Part shown: in pieces, positions 27,812-37,115 of the stretch
Position numbering within the stretch: position 1 is the stretch's first letter
Layout of the letters: every line of letters starts with the position of its first letter
NCBI GenBank assembly: GCA_963926495.1
Contig: CAWUXP010000046.1
Span: 1 to 40,863 of the forward strand
Reading direction: 5' to 3'
Origin: Candidatus Ilumatobacter herschelensis
Lineage (GTDB): Bacteria; Actinomycetota; Acidimicrobiia; Acidimicrobiales; Ilumatobacteraceae
DNA length: 40,863 nt
Position numbers and translations under genes: made by a program
Notes under the pieces: model-generated
What the model saw: the letters and a program-made list of their open reading frames with translations, nothing else
Database searches by the model: none
What the model was told of the DNA's origin: nothing

Positions 27812-28552
27812 GATATGCGCCTGGAGTGCGGCGAGACGCTCGGCGAACCACGGCTGCTTGGTGCTCCAGAGCTGCGGGATGAGCTCACGTGCAACAGCAT
27901 CCGGATGATTTTGAACGTCAGCCATGTCGAGGATGGTTTGCTTCGCCTCGATCGCGAGCTGGCGCGGCGCCGATGCAGCCTTGGCAGCAAACTCATGCGC
28001 GTACTCGAGCAGATCATCGGCCGGCACTGACTTGTAGGCGAGGCCGACTCGTTCTGCTTCCTTTCCGTCGAGTACCTGGCCGTAGATCACTGCGGCCATT
28101 GCAGCCTGCGGGCCAGCGATGCGGCGGAACATCCACGTGTGTCCGCCACCAGGGTGAATGCCGAGTTGCAAGAAGCGGGTGTCGAGCTTGGCGCGATCCG
28201 CGCAGATACGAACGTCGCAACCGAGCGCCAGGTTCATACCGGCACCAACCGCAGCACCGTTGACCGCTGCCAACGTCGGCAGGGGCGAGCGAGCAATCCG
28301 CAAAAAGCCCTCGTAGATGACCCCGAGGCTCTCGCCGGTGGCCTCGGCGAGGTTGCCGAGGTTCGCTCCGGCACAGAACGCGGGTGGCGTCCCGGTGACC
28401 ACGACGGCGCCCACGCCATCGTCAGCTTCGAACGCGTCCATGGCAGCAACGATCTCCTTGACCATCGGTGCAGTCATGGTGTTCCGCTCGTCTGGGTTGT
28501 TCAGCGTGAGGGTGGCCACGCGATCGGCAATGTCGGTGAGAACGAAGGACAT
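27800..28552 (-). CDS. Enoyl-CoA hydratase/isomerase family protein
   Basis: AFCAGANL, AAVNGAAVGAG, LGIHPGGG. Confidence 0.9.
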   Translation of the reverse strand: MSFVLTDIADRVATLTLNNPDERNTMTAPMVKEIVAAMDAFEADDGVGAVVVTGTPPAFCAGANLGNLAEATGESLGVIYEGFLRIARSPLPTLAAVNGAAVGAGMNLALGCDVRICADRAKLDTRFLQLGIHPGGGHTWMFRRIAGPQAAMAAVIYGQVLDGKEAERVGLAYKSVPADDLLEYAHEFAAKAASAPRQLAIEAKQTILDMADVQNHPDAVARELIPQLWSTKQPWFAERLAALQAHISKK

Positions 28553-28646
28553 CTCGTGATCTTGGCACGTCGACCACCTTGAACTGCAGGCCCGGTCGCC
28601 ACATTGACGAATCGGCAACGTCGCGTTCGACGTAGCCTGGCCTCTG

Positions 28647-29264
28647 ATGCTCGATCATGTGTTCACCGATGCCATCAGCGCGCTGCGCGATGCCTTCGAG
28701 TCGGCCTTTCTCGAACGCCAGGCATTCGAAGAGCATTTCCAGTCGGATGTCCTGTCAGGCGATCTCACCTGGGAGACCAGCTACGGCCTGCCGGGCGAAG
28801 GCGAACCACCTCGCGTCGTTGCCCACATCACCTTCGACTGGCCGGCGTGGAGCCAGGCCGCATATCGGCAGTGGTACCTCGAAGAGGTCCTCGAGCAGCG
28901 CCCGGCGATCGAGATGGAGATTGTGCTTCGGGTCCAGCAACTCGCACGCCCAGCCGATCCCGAACAGATCTATGCCACGGTGCCTGAGCAGAGCCCACTC
29001 GTCGGAGACGATCGGCTCGAGCGCTCCGGCTTGACCGCCGAGGTTATCCACCCGGACCCCAACGACATCGACAGTGCCACGCCCCCACCGACCGAGCATG
29101 CAATCGAGATCAACTACGAGGGCTTGTACGAGTTGGCTGAAGAAACGGTTGCTGACGGAACCAACTCGCTACTCGACGAACACTTCGGTGTACTCGGCGG
29201 CTGGATTGCGTCGACCTTGGTGAAGCTCGGCGACCTCAGCCTTGACTTCCTCCCCAACGACTGA
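28647..29264 (+). CDS. Hypothetical acidic cytoplasmic protein
   Basis: 205-aa ORF with typical codon usage and an upstream TAGCCT -10-like hexamer; no recognised domain. Confidence 0.78.
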   Translation: MLDHVFTDAISALRDAFESAFLERQAFEEHFQSDVLSGDLTWETSYGLPGEGEPPRVVAHITFDWPAWSQAAYRQWYLEEVLEQRPAIEMEIVLRVQQLARPADPEQIYATVPEQSPLVGDDRLERSGLTAEVIHPDPNDIDSATPPPTEHAIEINYEGLYELAEETVADGTNSLLDEHFGVLGGWIASTLVKLGDLSLDFLPND

Positions 29265-29332
29265 AAAACAACGCCACGTCGATCGGCTGCTTCGTGGCTG
29301 GCCCGCCGGTGTTTCTCGGTAACAATGGAGCA

Positions 29333-30094
29333 ATGGCTGAGGATCTTGTTCTACTCGACGTCTCCGAACGAATCGCAACAATCACGTTGAACCGGCCTGC
29401 TGCACGGAACGCGCTGTCGAGTGATGTCCTGCGCCTCCTCCCTGATCGGCTGCGCGAGGCCGAGGCCAGTGGTGATGTCGATGTGATCATCCTCACCGGC
29501 GCCGACCCGGCGTTCTGTGCAGGCCTCGATCTCAAGGAACTCGGATCAACTGGCAGCAACCTCGGCGGCACCGGTTCTCGCGACCGCGGACCGTTCCCCC
29601 ATGTGACCAAGCCAATTATTGGCGCGATCAACGGCGTCGCGATCACGGGCGGTTTCGAACTCGCGCTCAATTGCGACTTCCTCGTGGCGAGCGAACACGC
29701 CAAGTTCGGCGATACGCACGCCCGCGTGGGCGTCATGCCCGGCTGGGGCCTCACCGTGCTCCTCCCGCAGGCGATTGGTGTCAGGCGCGCCCGGGAGATG
29801 AGCTTCACGGGCAACTTCATGTTGGCTGACGAAGCACTCGCCTTCGGCCTCGTCAACCATGTCGTCGCGCACGCTGAGCTGCTGCCGTTCACCCGCCAAC
29901 TCGCCCGAGACATCAGCGGCAACGAGCAGGCCGGCGTCCGGCAGATTCGTTCCACCTACCATGCAATCGCCACCGATGACGACCAGTGGGAGACCGAGGC
30001 CCGGGATGGTCGGGCGTGGGCCCGAACGCACTTCTCCCCCGCCCAAGTCGAATCACGACGGGCTGCAATCCAGGCACGCGGCCAACAGCAGTAA
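29333..30094 (+). CDS. Enoyl-CoA hydratase/isomerase family protein
   Basis: LNRPAARNAL, AFCAGLDL, KPIIGAING..ITGGFELAL.CD, DTHARVG. Confidence 0.92.
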   Translation: MAEDLVLLDVSERIATITLNRPAARNALSSDVLRLLPDRLREAEASGDVDVIILTGADPAFCAGLDLKELGSTGSNLGGTGSRDRGPFPHVTKPIIGAINGVAITGGFELALNCDFLVASEHAKFGDTHARVGVMPGWGLTVLLPQAIGVRRAREMSFTGNFMLADEALAFGLVNHVVAHAELLPFTRQLARDISGNEQAGVRQIRSTYHAIATDDDQWETEARDGRAWARTHFSPAQVESRRAAIQARGQQQ

Positions 30095-30098
30095 GACA

Positions 30099-30134
30099 CT
30101 GCAAATGGTCTGGGCTGCAAATGGTCTGGGCTGC
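30099..30134. repeat. 16-bp tandem repeat CTGCAAATGGTCTGGG x2.25 between convergent genes
   Basis: Exact copies at 30099-30114 and 30115-30130, then CTGC. Confidence 0.85.
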
Positions 30135-30148
30135 GGAACGGCGTCGGA

Positions 30149-31150
30149 TCAGATGTTGGCGCCGCGGGCGCGGAGGTCGTCGCGAACGACCTGGGCGATG
30201 TCGAGCGCGAGGATCTCGGCGCCGTTCACATTGAGATGGAACCCATCGTCGGCGCGCACGTCTTTGCCTTCGCCGTCACGAGGGTCGATCACAAACTCAG
30301 CCCAGTTGCCCTCGCGGCCGGAGAATCGAGCCCAGGTGTCAATAAAGGTCACGCCAGGCCGTGCGTCAGCAGCAGCTTTGGCCGCCCGGTCTTGGATGGC
30401 GAGGCGAGCGGTGACGTCGGGATTGTCATCGTTGGGAATGCCGACCCAGATGACAGTCCGCTCACCCTCGAGGAGGAGATCCATGACGTCGCCCGCGCGT
30501 TTCTTGTACTCGGTGCTCCACTCGGCTTCGTTGGCCACCGGATCACCGACGACGAACTGCAATTCCTCTTGGAACGCAGACAGACCCTGCGCATCGTTGC
30601 CGCCGAACGTGGCAACGATGATGTCCGGGTCGACTGCCGGAAGCGCTGCGGCGAGTTCATCCGGCCAGTTGTAGAAGTCGGGCCGGGCGAGGCCTGACGA
30701 CACCTTGTAGTTGAGCTGTGTCGTTGCGACCGTCGTTCCATCGACGAGTTGCTGCAGGTACGGGCCAAACGTGCCGGCATCGCTATCGCCGACGATGTAC
30801 ACGCGGGCCGGGTTGTCTGCTGTCGGCGGACCCTCGGAGCGCGGCTCCGCGACTTCAACTTCAGTCACCGGGGGATCGGTTTGCCGCGGCTCTTCTTCTG
30901 CCTGCTCGATATCTGCATCGCTGGGAACTTCCACCTCGCGAGCAACCGTGGTGGTCGCCCCGTCCCCTGCCGTCTCTGTCGTGTTCAACGGGCTCACGAC
31001 CGTGCGAGCATCAGCACTGTCACCGCCGAAGTATTCGACGACTGCCTTCACACCGCTGTACGCCACAACAAGCAGAACACAGATAACTCCGACCCGTCGG
31101 AGGAGCAGCTGCGATGCACTGGAACTCGATTCTGATTCGCGCATCGACAT
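30149..31150 (-). CDS. Membrane-anchored SGNH/GDSL hydrolase (DUF459-like)
   Basis: N-terminal TM, low-complexity linker, VGDS, SGLARPD, FGGND, DGFH. Confidence 0.85.
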   Translation of the reverse strand: MSMRESESSSSASQLLLRRVGVICVLLVVAYSGVKAVVEYFGGDSADARTVVSPLNTTETAGDGATTTVAREVEVPSDADIEQAEEEPRQTDPPVTEVEVAEPRSEGPPTADNPARVYIVGDSDAGTFGPYLQQLVDGTTVATTQLNYKVSSGLARPDFYNWPDELAAALPAVDPDIIVATFGGNDAQGLSAFQEELQFVVGDPVANEAEWSTEYKKRAGDVMDLLLEGERTVIWVGIPNDDNPDVTARLAIQDRAAKAAADARPGVTFIDTWARFSGREGNWAEFVIDPRDGEGKDVRADDGFHLNVNGAEILALDIAQVVRDDLRARGANI

Positions 31151-31345
31151 ACAGGTTCAAGGATACGACCCAAACAGTCGGCACCGAGCCATGGCGCAGC
31201 ACGGCCTCTCAACCGTGCTGCCGATACCGCTTGGACCACGCGCGGTATCATCCCGTGCTGCATCGAGCGACAGTCTGCGTCGACCGTTCTGAGATGCCGA
31301 TCAACCAGTTCCCAGCCCGCCTTCCAGCCAAGAGAAAGCCTGCAC

Positions 31346-32536
31346 GTGATCTCGACAACGAAGTTGCGCATTCTCTGCATCACGGCCAGCGTTCTCATCA
31401 CCGCCTGCAACACCGACGGAAGCGACGGCACCGAGACAACCGATGCGACAACCGACAGCGCCGGTTCGATCAGCCCAGACAGCGCACCCGAGCTCGATGA
31501 CAGCGCACCCGAGCTCGATGACGACCCGACAACTCCATCAGCGACAGACAACTCGGCGGAAAACACACTCACTCTCGGCGAAGGCGAATCGACTACGTCC
31601 GCTGTCGGATCGGTCTGCGTGGTGCTCGACGTTGATCGGACCAGCCGGCAGAACCGTTCGGTCGTGGCGGGAGCGCGGCGCGCCGCTGCCCAGTTCGGCG
31701 TGACTGCCGACATCGCCGAACCTGCAACCGAGGCCGATTACGCGGCCAGCTTCAATGGCTTCGTCGTCGACGGCTGCTCACTGATCGTCGCGTCGAGCGT
31801 GCGCCTTGCCAATGCTGCAGAAGACGCAGCCAACAACCACGCTGATCAACTTTTTGCAATCGTCGACTACGACTATTCCAGCCGGATCGACAACATGCTG
31901 GAGCTGACGTTCGACGCCACCGAGCCAGCGTTCCTCGCGGGATACCTGGCAGCCGCCACCACGAAGACCGGTGTCGTCGCGACGTACGCGGGTCTCAATA
32001 TCGAACCGTTCACACGGACGATGGACGGGTTCATCAAGGGTGTGTCTTTCTACAACCGTGAGGCTGGCACCAGCGTGGAGATTCTCGGCTGGGACGGGTC
32101 CAACGGGCGGTTCGTCGGCAGCCTTGACGACCCTGATGTCGGGGTGGAGGTTGCAACCGAATTCGTCGCACAGGGAGCGGACACGATCTTTCCGGTTGCC
32201 GGCGACGTCGGGCTCGGCTCGGCGACCGTTGCCCTCGCAGCACCCGAGCCGGTTCGGATCATCGGCATCGACAACGACCTCTTCGTAGCAAACCCCATTG
32301 CCGGATCGGTGTACCTGACTTCTGTTATCAAGCACTTCGACGTGGCCATTGTTGAGGCGGTCGAACGATCGATCTTCCTCGGAGAGATCGGCGGACAGTT
32401 CGTCGGCACACTCGAGAACGGTGGCGTCGACATCGCGCCCTTCCACGCACAGGGCAGTGCAATCTCCGAAACGCTGCGCGGGCAGCTCGACGAACTCCGT
32501 GCCGAGGTCATCGCTGGCAACGTGACGACCCGCTGA
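31346..32536 (+). CDS. BMP-family (PnrA-like) nucleoside-binding lipoprotein
   Basis: Lipobox LITAC, FLAGYLAA..TKTG, GADTIFPVAG, IIGID, YLTSVIK, GTLENGGV.IAP. Confidence 0.87.
   Translation: MISTTKLRILCITASVLITACNTDGSDGTETTDATTDSAGSISPDSAPELDDSAPELDDDPTTPSATDNSAENTLTLGEGESTTSAVGSVCVVLDVDRTSRQNRSVVAGARRAAAQFGVTADIAEPATEADYAASFNGFVVDGCSLIVASSVRLANAAEDAANNHADQLFAIVDYDYSSRIDNMLELTFDATEPAFLAGYLAAATTKTGVVATYAGLNIEPFTRTMDGFIKGVSFYNREAGTSVEILGWDGSNGRFVGSLDDPDVGVEVATEFVAQGADTIFPVAGDVGLGSATVALAAPEPVRIIGIDNDLFVANPIAGSVYLTSVIKHFDVAIVEAVERSIFLGEIGGQFVGTLENGGVDIAPFHAQGSAISETLRGQLDELRAEVIAGNVTTR
31478..31522 (+). repeat. In-frame 21-bp tandem duplication (DSAPELD x2) in the BMP linker
   Basis: GACAGCGCACCCGAGCTCGAT appears twice in a row. 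Confidence 0.8.
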
Positions 32537-32539
32537 ATC

Positions 32540-32911
32540 TCAGGCGGTCAGCTCGCTCACGGCGCGGACTTCGATGCCACCCCGTGGCCGCTGCGTCAGA
32601 GTGACCGTGACGCGCTGAGGTTTCGCCGTGGTCATAAATTCCCCGGCGATCTCTGCGGCGAGTGCTTCGGCAAAGACCGCCCGGTCGCGAAAGCCCCACA
32701 GGTACAGCTTGAGGCTCTTCGACTCAACGCACCACTCTCCCGGCACGTATTCGATCACGACATCAGACAGGTCCGGTTGCTGGGTAACCGGGCACATTGA
32801 GCAAAGTTCATCATTCGTGAAGGTCACCGACGAGATGTTCTTCGGTGCGGGAAACACCTCGACGTGATCGATCGCATGACGAACGGTGTTGCCCAGCACA
32901 GTGAGTTCCAT
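32540..32911 (-). CDS. queF: preQ0 (7-cyano-7-deazaguanine) reductase, unimodular type
   Basis: Catalytic CPVTQQPD, QueF motif ESKSLKLYL, C-terminal RGGI; start ATG 32911 lies 7 nt after TAGCCT. Confidence 0.87.
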   Translation of the reverse strand: MELTVLGNTVRHAIDHVEVFPAPKNISSVTFTNDELCSMCPVTQQPDLSDVVIEYVPGEWCVESKSLKLYLWGFRDRAVFAEALAAEIAGEFMTTAKPQRVTVTLTQRPRGGIEVRAVSELTA

Positions 32912-32991
32912 AGCTCCCAGGCTACTATCGGGTCTTTCCTTGGCACGGCGAATGACATGGGGTGTGCCACATGCAACGAAAGCAGCAAAGA

Positions 32992-34338
32992 ATGAAGACG
33001 ATCGCTCCATTGCTTGCCGCTGCTCTGATGATTGCGGCCTGCTCGGCCGGTGCTGACGAAGCATCGACTCCTGCAACCGAGCCAGCCGCCACCGAAGCGG
33101 CCATCGCTGCTCCACCCCTCACGCAGCCGCAGGCCACAGAGTCGATAGAGACCACGACGACCATCGACCCGGTTGAGGCGCAAACCATCGAGCAGGTCAA
33201 CGAGTACATCGCCCAAGCTGCTGCATTCGACCAGGCGGGCGCCGACATCCAGTTCCCGCAGGGCCTTACCTTCCAGGCCGGAGGGGCCCCTGGCTACTCC
33301 CGTTACGTCTTCCGTGAGCACTCCGAAGGCGTCGTGCCCTCGCTCGTTGAAGGCCCCATCGTCGGCGCAGTCAGATGCCAAGACGAAGTACGCACATGCT
33401 CCCGTCAAGAACTGAAGGCACTCGCTGCGAGTGGCGAGGCCATTCCCGACGACCTCCAGATGACGGCCGACGAACTCGACCAGCTCGTCGCGCAACTCGA
33501 TGAACTGAACGCCTTTGCTGAAGCCCACCGCGACGTGAATACGGCGTGTGCCGAGGGCTACATCAGTGACCGCACCCAGACCGCCAACATGGGCTCGCAC
33601 TTCTACAAGATCGAATCAATCGTCAATGGGTTCGACCCCGGTGAACCCGAGATCCTGCTCTATGCCCTGGCCGACGGCACCATGCCTGGCGGTCCGCTCG
33701 GGTTCTGCGAGAACGGCGCTTGGAACGGCGAACCGCTCGTGCTGGTCGGCACGGCGTTCATCATCCCGCCAGAGATCATCGGCAACGATCATCCCGAGAC
33801 CTTCGTCGGACCACTTGACAACTGGCACATCCACTACAACCTGTGCCGCGGTGCAGCCGAGGGCCGCGACACGTTCGTGCCCAAGTCCGAGTGCGAGGAC
33901 GCTGGCGGTCGCTTCTCCGCAGCCCTCGGTTGGATGTTGCATGCCTGGGTCGCTGACGACTTCGACAACCAACTCGGCGTGTTCGGCATGTGGAACTCGT
34001 CGATCCAGCCGATCATCGACCCGGCACTGATCCTGGAGAGCCGGCTCGTCCAGGGGTCCGACTTTCCTCAGGGCGCGAAACAGTCAGTGATCGCCGACTT
34101 CCTGTACGGCGGCGACCTCACGGTAAGTGCCGGTCAGCCACTGTTTTTCAACAACGTCGACGGTGTGCCTCACACGGTGACCGCGGGGACCCCTGCCGCT
34201 CCGGCACTGGCCGACTTCGACTCCGGCCTGCTGACACCCGGCAGCAACTTCGAGCTCAGCTTCGACGATCCCGGCACCTACAGCTTGTTCTGCACGCTGC
34301 ACCCTGACATGGTCGCCAAAATTACCGTTACCGAGTAA
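32992..34338 (+). CDS. Lipoprotein with an uncharacterised His-rich domain and a C-terminal cupredoxin (type-1 copper) domain
   Basis: Lipobox MIAAC; MGSHFY, DPGEPEILLY, WHIHYNLC, WMLHAW; C-terminal PHTVT...FDSG...PGTYSLFCTLHPDM. Confidence 0.8.
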   Translation: MKTIAPLLAAALMIAACSAGADEASTPATEPAATEAAIAAPPLTQPQATESIETTTTIDPVEAQTIEQVNEYIAQAAAFDQAGADIQFPQGLTFQAGGAPGYSRYVFREHSEGVVPSLVEGPIVGAVRCQDEVRTCSRQELKALAASGEAIPDDLQMTADELDQLVAQLDELNAFAEAHRDVNTACAEGYISDRTQTANMGSHFYKIESIVNGFDPGEPEILLYALADGTMPGGPLGFCENGAWNGEPLVLVGTAFIIPPEIIGNDHPETFVGPLDNWHIHYNLCRGAAEGRDTFVPKSECEDAGGRFSAALGWMLHAWVADDFDNQLGVFGMWNSSIQPIIDPALILESRLVQGSDFPQGAKQSVIADFLYGGDLTVSAGQPLFFNNVDGVPHTVTAGTPAAPALADFDSGLLTPGSNFELSFDDPGTYSLFCTLHPDMVAKITVTE

Positions 34339-34418
34339 CGGTCAGACTGCGCCATACACCGTGCGGCCGGTCCAGGTCGCCATCACCCGAGCGTGGAGTG
34401 AGCGCTAGCGTCAACCGT

Positions 34419-35282
34419 GTGCTGACAGCTGAGCAGATCGACCGCTACCACTCTGACGGATTTCTCGTCATGCCCAACTTCGTGTCTGCCGACGCGTGCG
34501 ACCGGCTGCGGGCTCGCGCCAACGAAATGGTCGCAGCGTGGGAACCGGGCGAGGAGCGATCCGTGTTCACGACCAACGAACAGGAACGCGTCTCGAACAG
34601 CGAGTTCTTGAGCAGCGGTTCGTCAACGTGGTGTTTCTTCGAGGAGGAGGCGTTCGACGACGCAGGTTCGCTCCGCCAGGCCAAAGAGCTGTCGATCAAC
34701 AAGATTGGTCATGCGCAACACGACACCGACGACGAGTTCCGCCAGTTCGCCTACACCCCTGATCTCGGTGCGGTCGCCCGCGACCTCGGAATGACCGACC
34801 CACGTGCGCTGCAGTCGATGTACATCTTCAAGCAGCCTCGGATCGGTGGCGAGGTCAGTGTTCATCAGGACGCCACCTTCTTGTGGACCGACCCGCTCAG
34901 CGTCATCGGATTCTGGTTCGCGCTCGAAGACGCCACCATCGACAATGGCTGCCTGTGGGCTGTCCCGGGAACACATCGAGGCCCGCTCCGCCAGCTGTTC
35001 AAGCGCAATCGCCTCGACGATCCGGCAGCGTCCGATGGCACCATCTTCGACGAGCTCAGCAACGCGCCGCTTCCGGCTCCCGACTCGTCCGACGCTGTCG
35101 CGCTTGAAGTCAAGGCGGGCACGATGATCGCACTGCATGGCCTGCTCCCTCACTGGAGCAACCCGAACCGGTCGGCCCGGAGCCGTCACGCGTACAGCCT
35201 CCACTGCATTGACGGCACCGCCGACTACCCGGCCTGGAACTGGCTTCAACGCCCCGCCGATATGCCGCTCAACGCCCTCTGA
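34419..35282 (+). CDS. Fe(II)/2-oxoglutarate dioxygenase, PhyH family (PHYHD1-like)
   Basis: SINKIGHA, QSMYIFKQP.IGGEV..HQD (HxD), WFALEDATIDNGCL, distal His LPHWS and Arg; start 34419 or 34398. Confidence 0.9.
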   Translation: MLTAEQIDRYHSDGFLVMPNFVSADACDRLRARANEMVAAWEPGEERSVFTTNEQERVSNSEFLSSGSSTWCFFEEEAFDDAGSLRQAKELSINKIGHAQHDTDDEFRQFAYTPDLGAVARDLGMTDPRALQSMYIFKQPRIGGEVSVHQDATFLWTDPLSVIGFWFALEDATIDNGCLWAVPGTHRGPLRQLFKRNRLDDPAASDGTIFDELSNAPLPAPDSSDAVALEVKAGTMIALHGLLPHWSNPNRSARSRHAYSLHCIDGTADYPAWNWLQRPADMPLNAL

Positions 35283-35341
35283 CTGGCCCCAGTGCAGAGG
35301 ACGACGTGGTGCCTGGCACCAAGTCGTCGTAGCGTAGATGC

Positions 35342-36424
35342 ATGTTGTCGACTGATGTGATTCACCGGGCTCCGAAGGTCTTGTTGCACGACCACCTCGA
35401 CGGGGGCCTGCGACCGGCCACCGTGGTCGATTTGGCCAGCGAGTATGGCTACGACGGCCTACCAACCACCGACGTCGAGGAACTCGGCCTCTGGTTCAAC
35501 AAGGGCGCCAAGCGCAACGACCTCGTGCTGTACCTCGAAACGTTTGCGCACACCGGCGGCGTGATGCAGCATCGCGATGCGATCGAACGAGTCGCTTACG
35601 AGTGCGCGCAGGATCTGGCCGCCGACGGTGTCGTATACGCCGAGGTCCGGTTCGCCCCAGAACTCCACCTCGAACAAGGCCTCACGCTCAACGAAGTTGT
35701 CGAAGCAGTACTCGACGGATTCCGCCGCGGTTCTGACGGCACCGATCTCACCATCTACGCCCTGCTCGATGCGATGCGCCAAGCTGCGCGCAGCGTCGAG
35801 ATCGCCGAGCTCGCTGTCAAGTACCGCGACGCCGGCGTCGTCGGCTTCGACATCGCTGGCCCCGAAGCCGGCTTCCCACCCACACGACACCTCGACGCCT
35901 TCCAGCTGATCAACCGGGAAAACTTCCACTCGACGATCCACGCCGGTGAAGCATTCGGCCTGCCCTCGATCTGGGAGGCCGTTCAGTTTTGTGGTGCCGA
36001 GCGTCTCGGCCACGGCGTGCGGCTGATCGACGACATCACCGTCGACGCAAAAGGCGATGTCAAGCTCGGCCGCCTGGCAAGCTTCATCCGTGACCGCCGT
36101 ATCTGTCTCGAAGTCTGCCCGACCTCGAACGTCAACACCGGCGTGTGTGCATCGATTGCCGACCACCCGATCGGGCTGCTGCGCCGCCTCCAGTTCCGCG
36201 TCACGGTCAACACCGACAACCGGCTGATGAGCGACACCTCAATGAGCAACGAAATGGCTGCAGTTTGCGAAGCGTTCGACTGGGGTCTGGACGACCTCCA
36301 GTGGCTCACCGTCAATGCAATGAAATCGGCCTTCGCTCCGTTCCCCGAACGTTTGAAGCTCATCAACGGTGTGATCAAACCTCGCTACTCGGTCCTCAAA
36401 GCCGAAGCCGATCTGGGAGTCTGA
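35342..36424 (+). CDS. add: Adenosine deaminase
   Basis: [29 protein letters not shown]. Confidence 0.93.
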   Translation: MLSTDVIHRAPKVLLHDHLDGGLRPATVVDLASEYGYDGLPTTDVEELGLWFNKGAKRNDLVLYLETFAHTGGVMQHRDAIERVAYECAQDLAADGVVYAEVRFAPELHLEQGLTLNEVVEAVLDGFRRGSDGTDLTIYALLDAMRQAARSVEIAELAVKYRDAGVVGFDIAGPEAGFPPTRHLDAFQLINRENFHSTIHAGEAFGLPSIWEAVQFCGAERLGHGVRLIDDITVDAKGDVKLGRLASFIRDRRICLEVCPTSNVNTGVCASIADHPIGLLRRLQFRVTVNTDNRLMSDTSMSNEMAAVCEAFDWGLDDLQWLTVNAMKSAFAPFPERLKLINGVIKPRYSVLKAEADLGV

Positions 36425-36426
36425 CC

Positions 36427-37062
36427 ATGACTGTCGAAACCGTCGTCGTCGACCATCCACTCGTTCTTGACTCGCTCGCTGTAATCCGCGATGTCGAAAC
36501 GCCCAACGCACTGTTCCGCCAGAATCTCGAGCGAATTGGCACGCTGCTGATCGCCGAGGCGACGCAGACACTGCCAACCGTGACTGGCACGGTCGAGACC
36601 CCGCTCACGACCGCTCCAGCCGAGCGCATTGCCGTGCAACCGGTGATCGTGCCGATCTTGCGCGCCGGGCTCGGCTTTCTCCGGCCAGCTCAGGATCTGC
36701 TGCCCGATGCCGACATTGGATTCATCGGCATTGCGCGCAACGAAGAGACGCACCAACCAGAGCCGTACGTCAACAAACTTCCCGACAACATCGCCAGCCG
36801 ACCCGTCATCGTGGTCGATCCAATGCTCGCCACAGGTGGGTCGCTGATCCACACGCTCCGACTGTTGATAGAGCGTGGTGCTCAACAGCCCCTGACGGTC
36901 ATCGTTGCGCTCGCTGCCCCCGAGGGCATTGCCGCCCTCGAAGCATCCGGTATCGACGTCACGCTGTTCACGGCCGTCATCGACGAGCGCCTGAACGACA
37001 ATGCCTACATCGTGCCCGGGTTGGGCGACGCCGGCGACCGCCAATTCGGTGCGCCAGCCTGA
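36427..37062 (+). CDS. upp: Uracil phosphoribosyltransferase
   Basis: VPILRAGL, RNEET, DPMLATGGS, YIVPGLGDAGDRQFG. Confidence 0.96.
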   Translation: MTVETVVVDHPLVLDSLAVIRDVETPNALFRQNLERIGTLLIAEATQTLPTVTGTVETPLTTAPAERIAVQPVIVPILRAGLGFLRPAQDLLPDADIGFIGIARNEETHQPEPYVNKLPDNIASRPVIVVDPMLATGGSLIHTLRLLIERGAQQPLTVIVALAAPEGIAALEASGIDVTLFTAVIDERLNDNAYIVPGLGDAGDRQFGAPA

Positions 37063-37115
37063 CTGAGTCGTTCTCGGTCGGCAGCGGTCACATCGCGCCG
37101 AGCAAAGTGTGGCCG

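Noticed and set aside
30099-30134. CRISPR-like repeat
   Set aside because: Only two adjacent copies with no spacer, and no cas genes.
32912-32991. preQ1 riboswitch upstream of queF
   Set aside because: No preQ1-I stem or A-rich tail; queF appears leaderless.
32912-33115. N-terminal extensions in the ORF track for queF (also upp, coxS, coxD, coxG, NlpC, half-Ppx)
   Set aside because: The extensions overlap neighbouring genes or promoters and lack family similarity; downstream starts fit leaderless or coupled signals.
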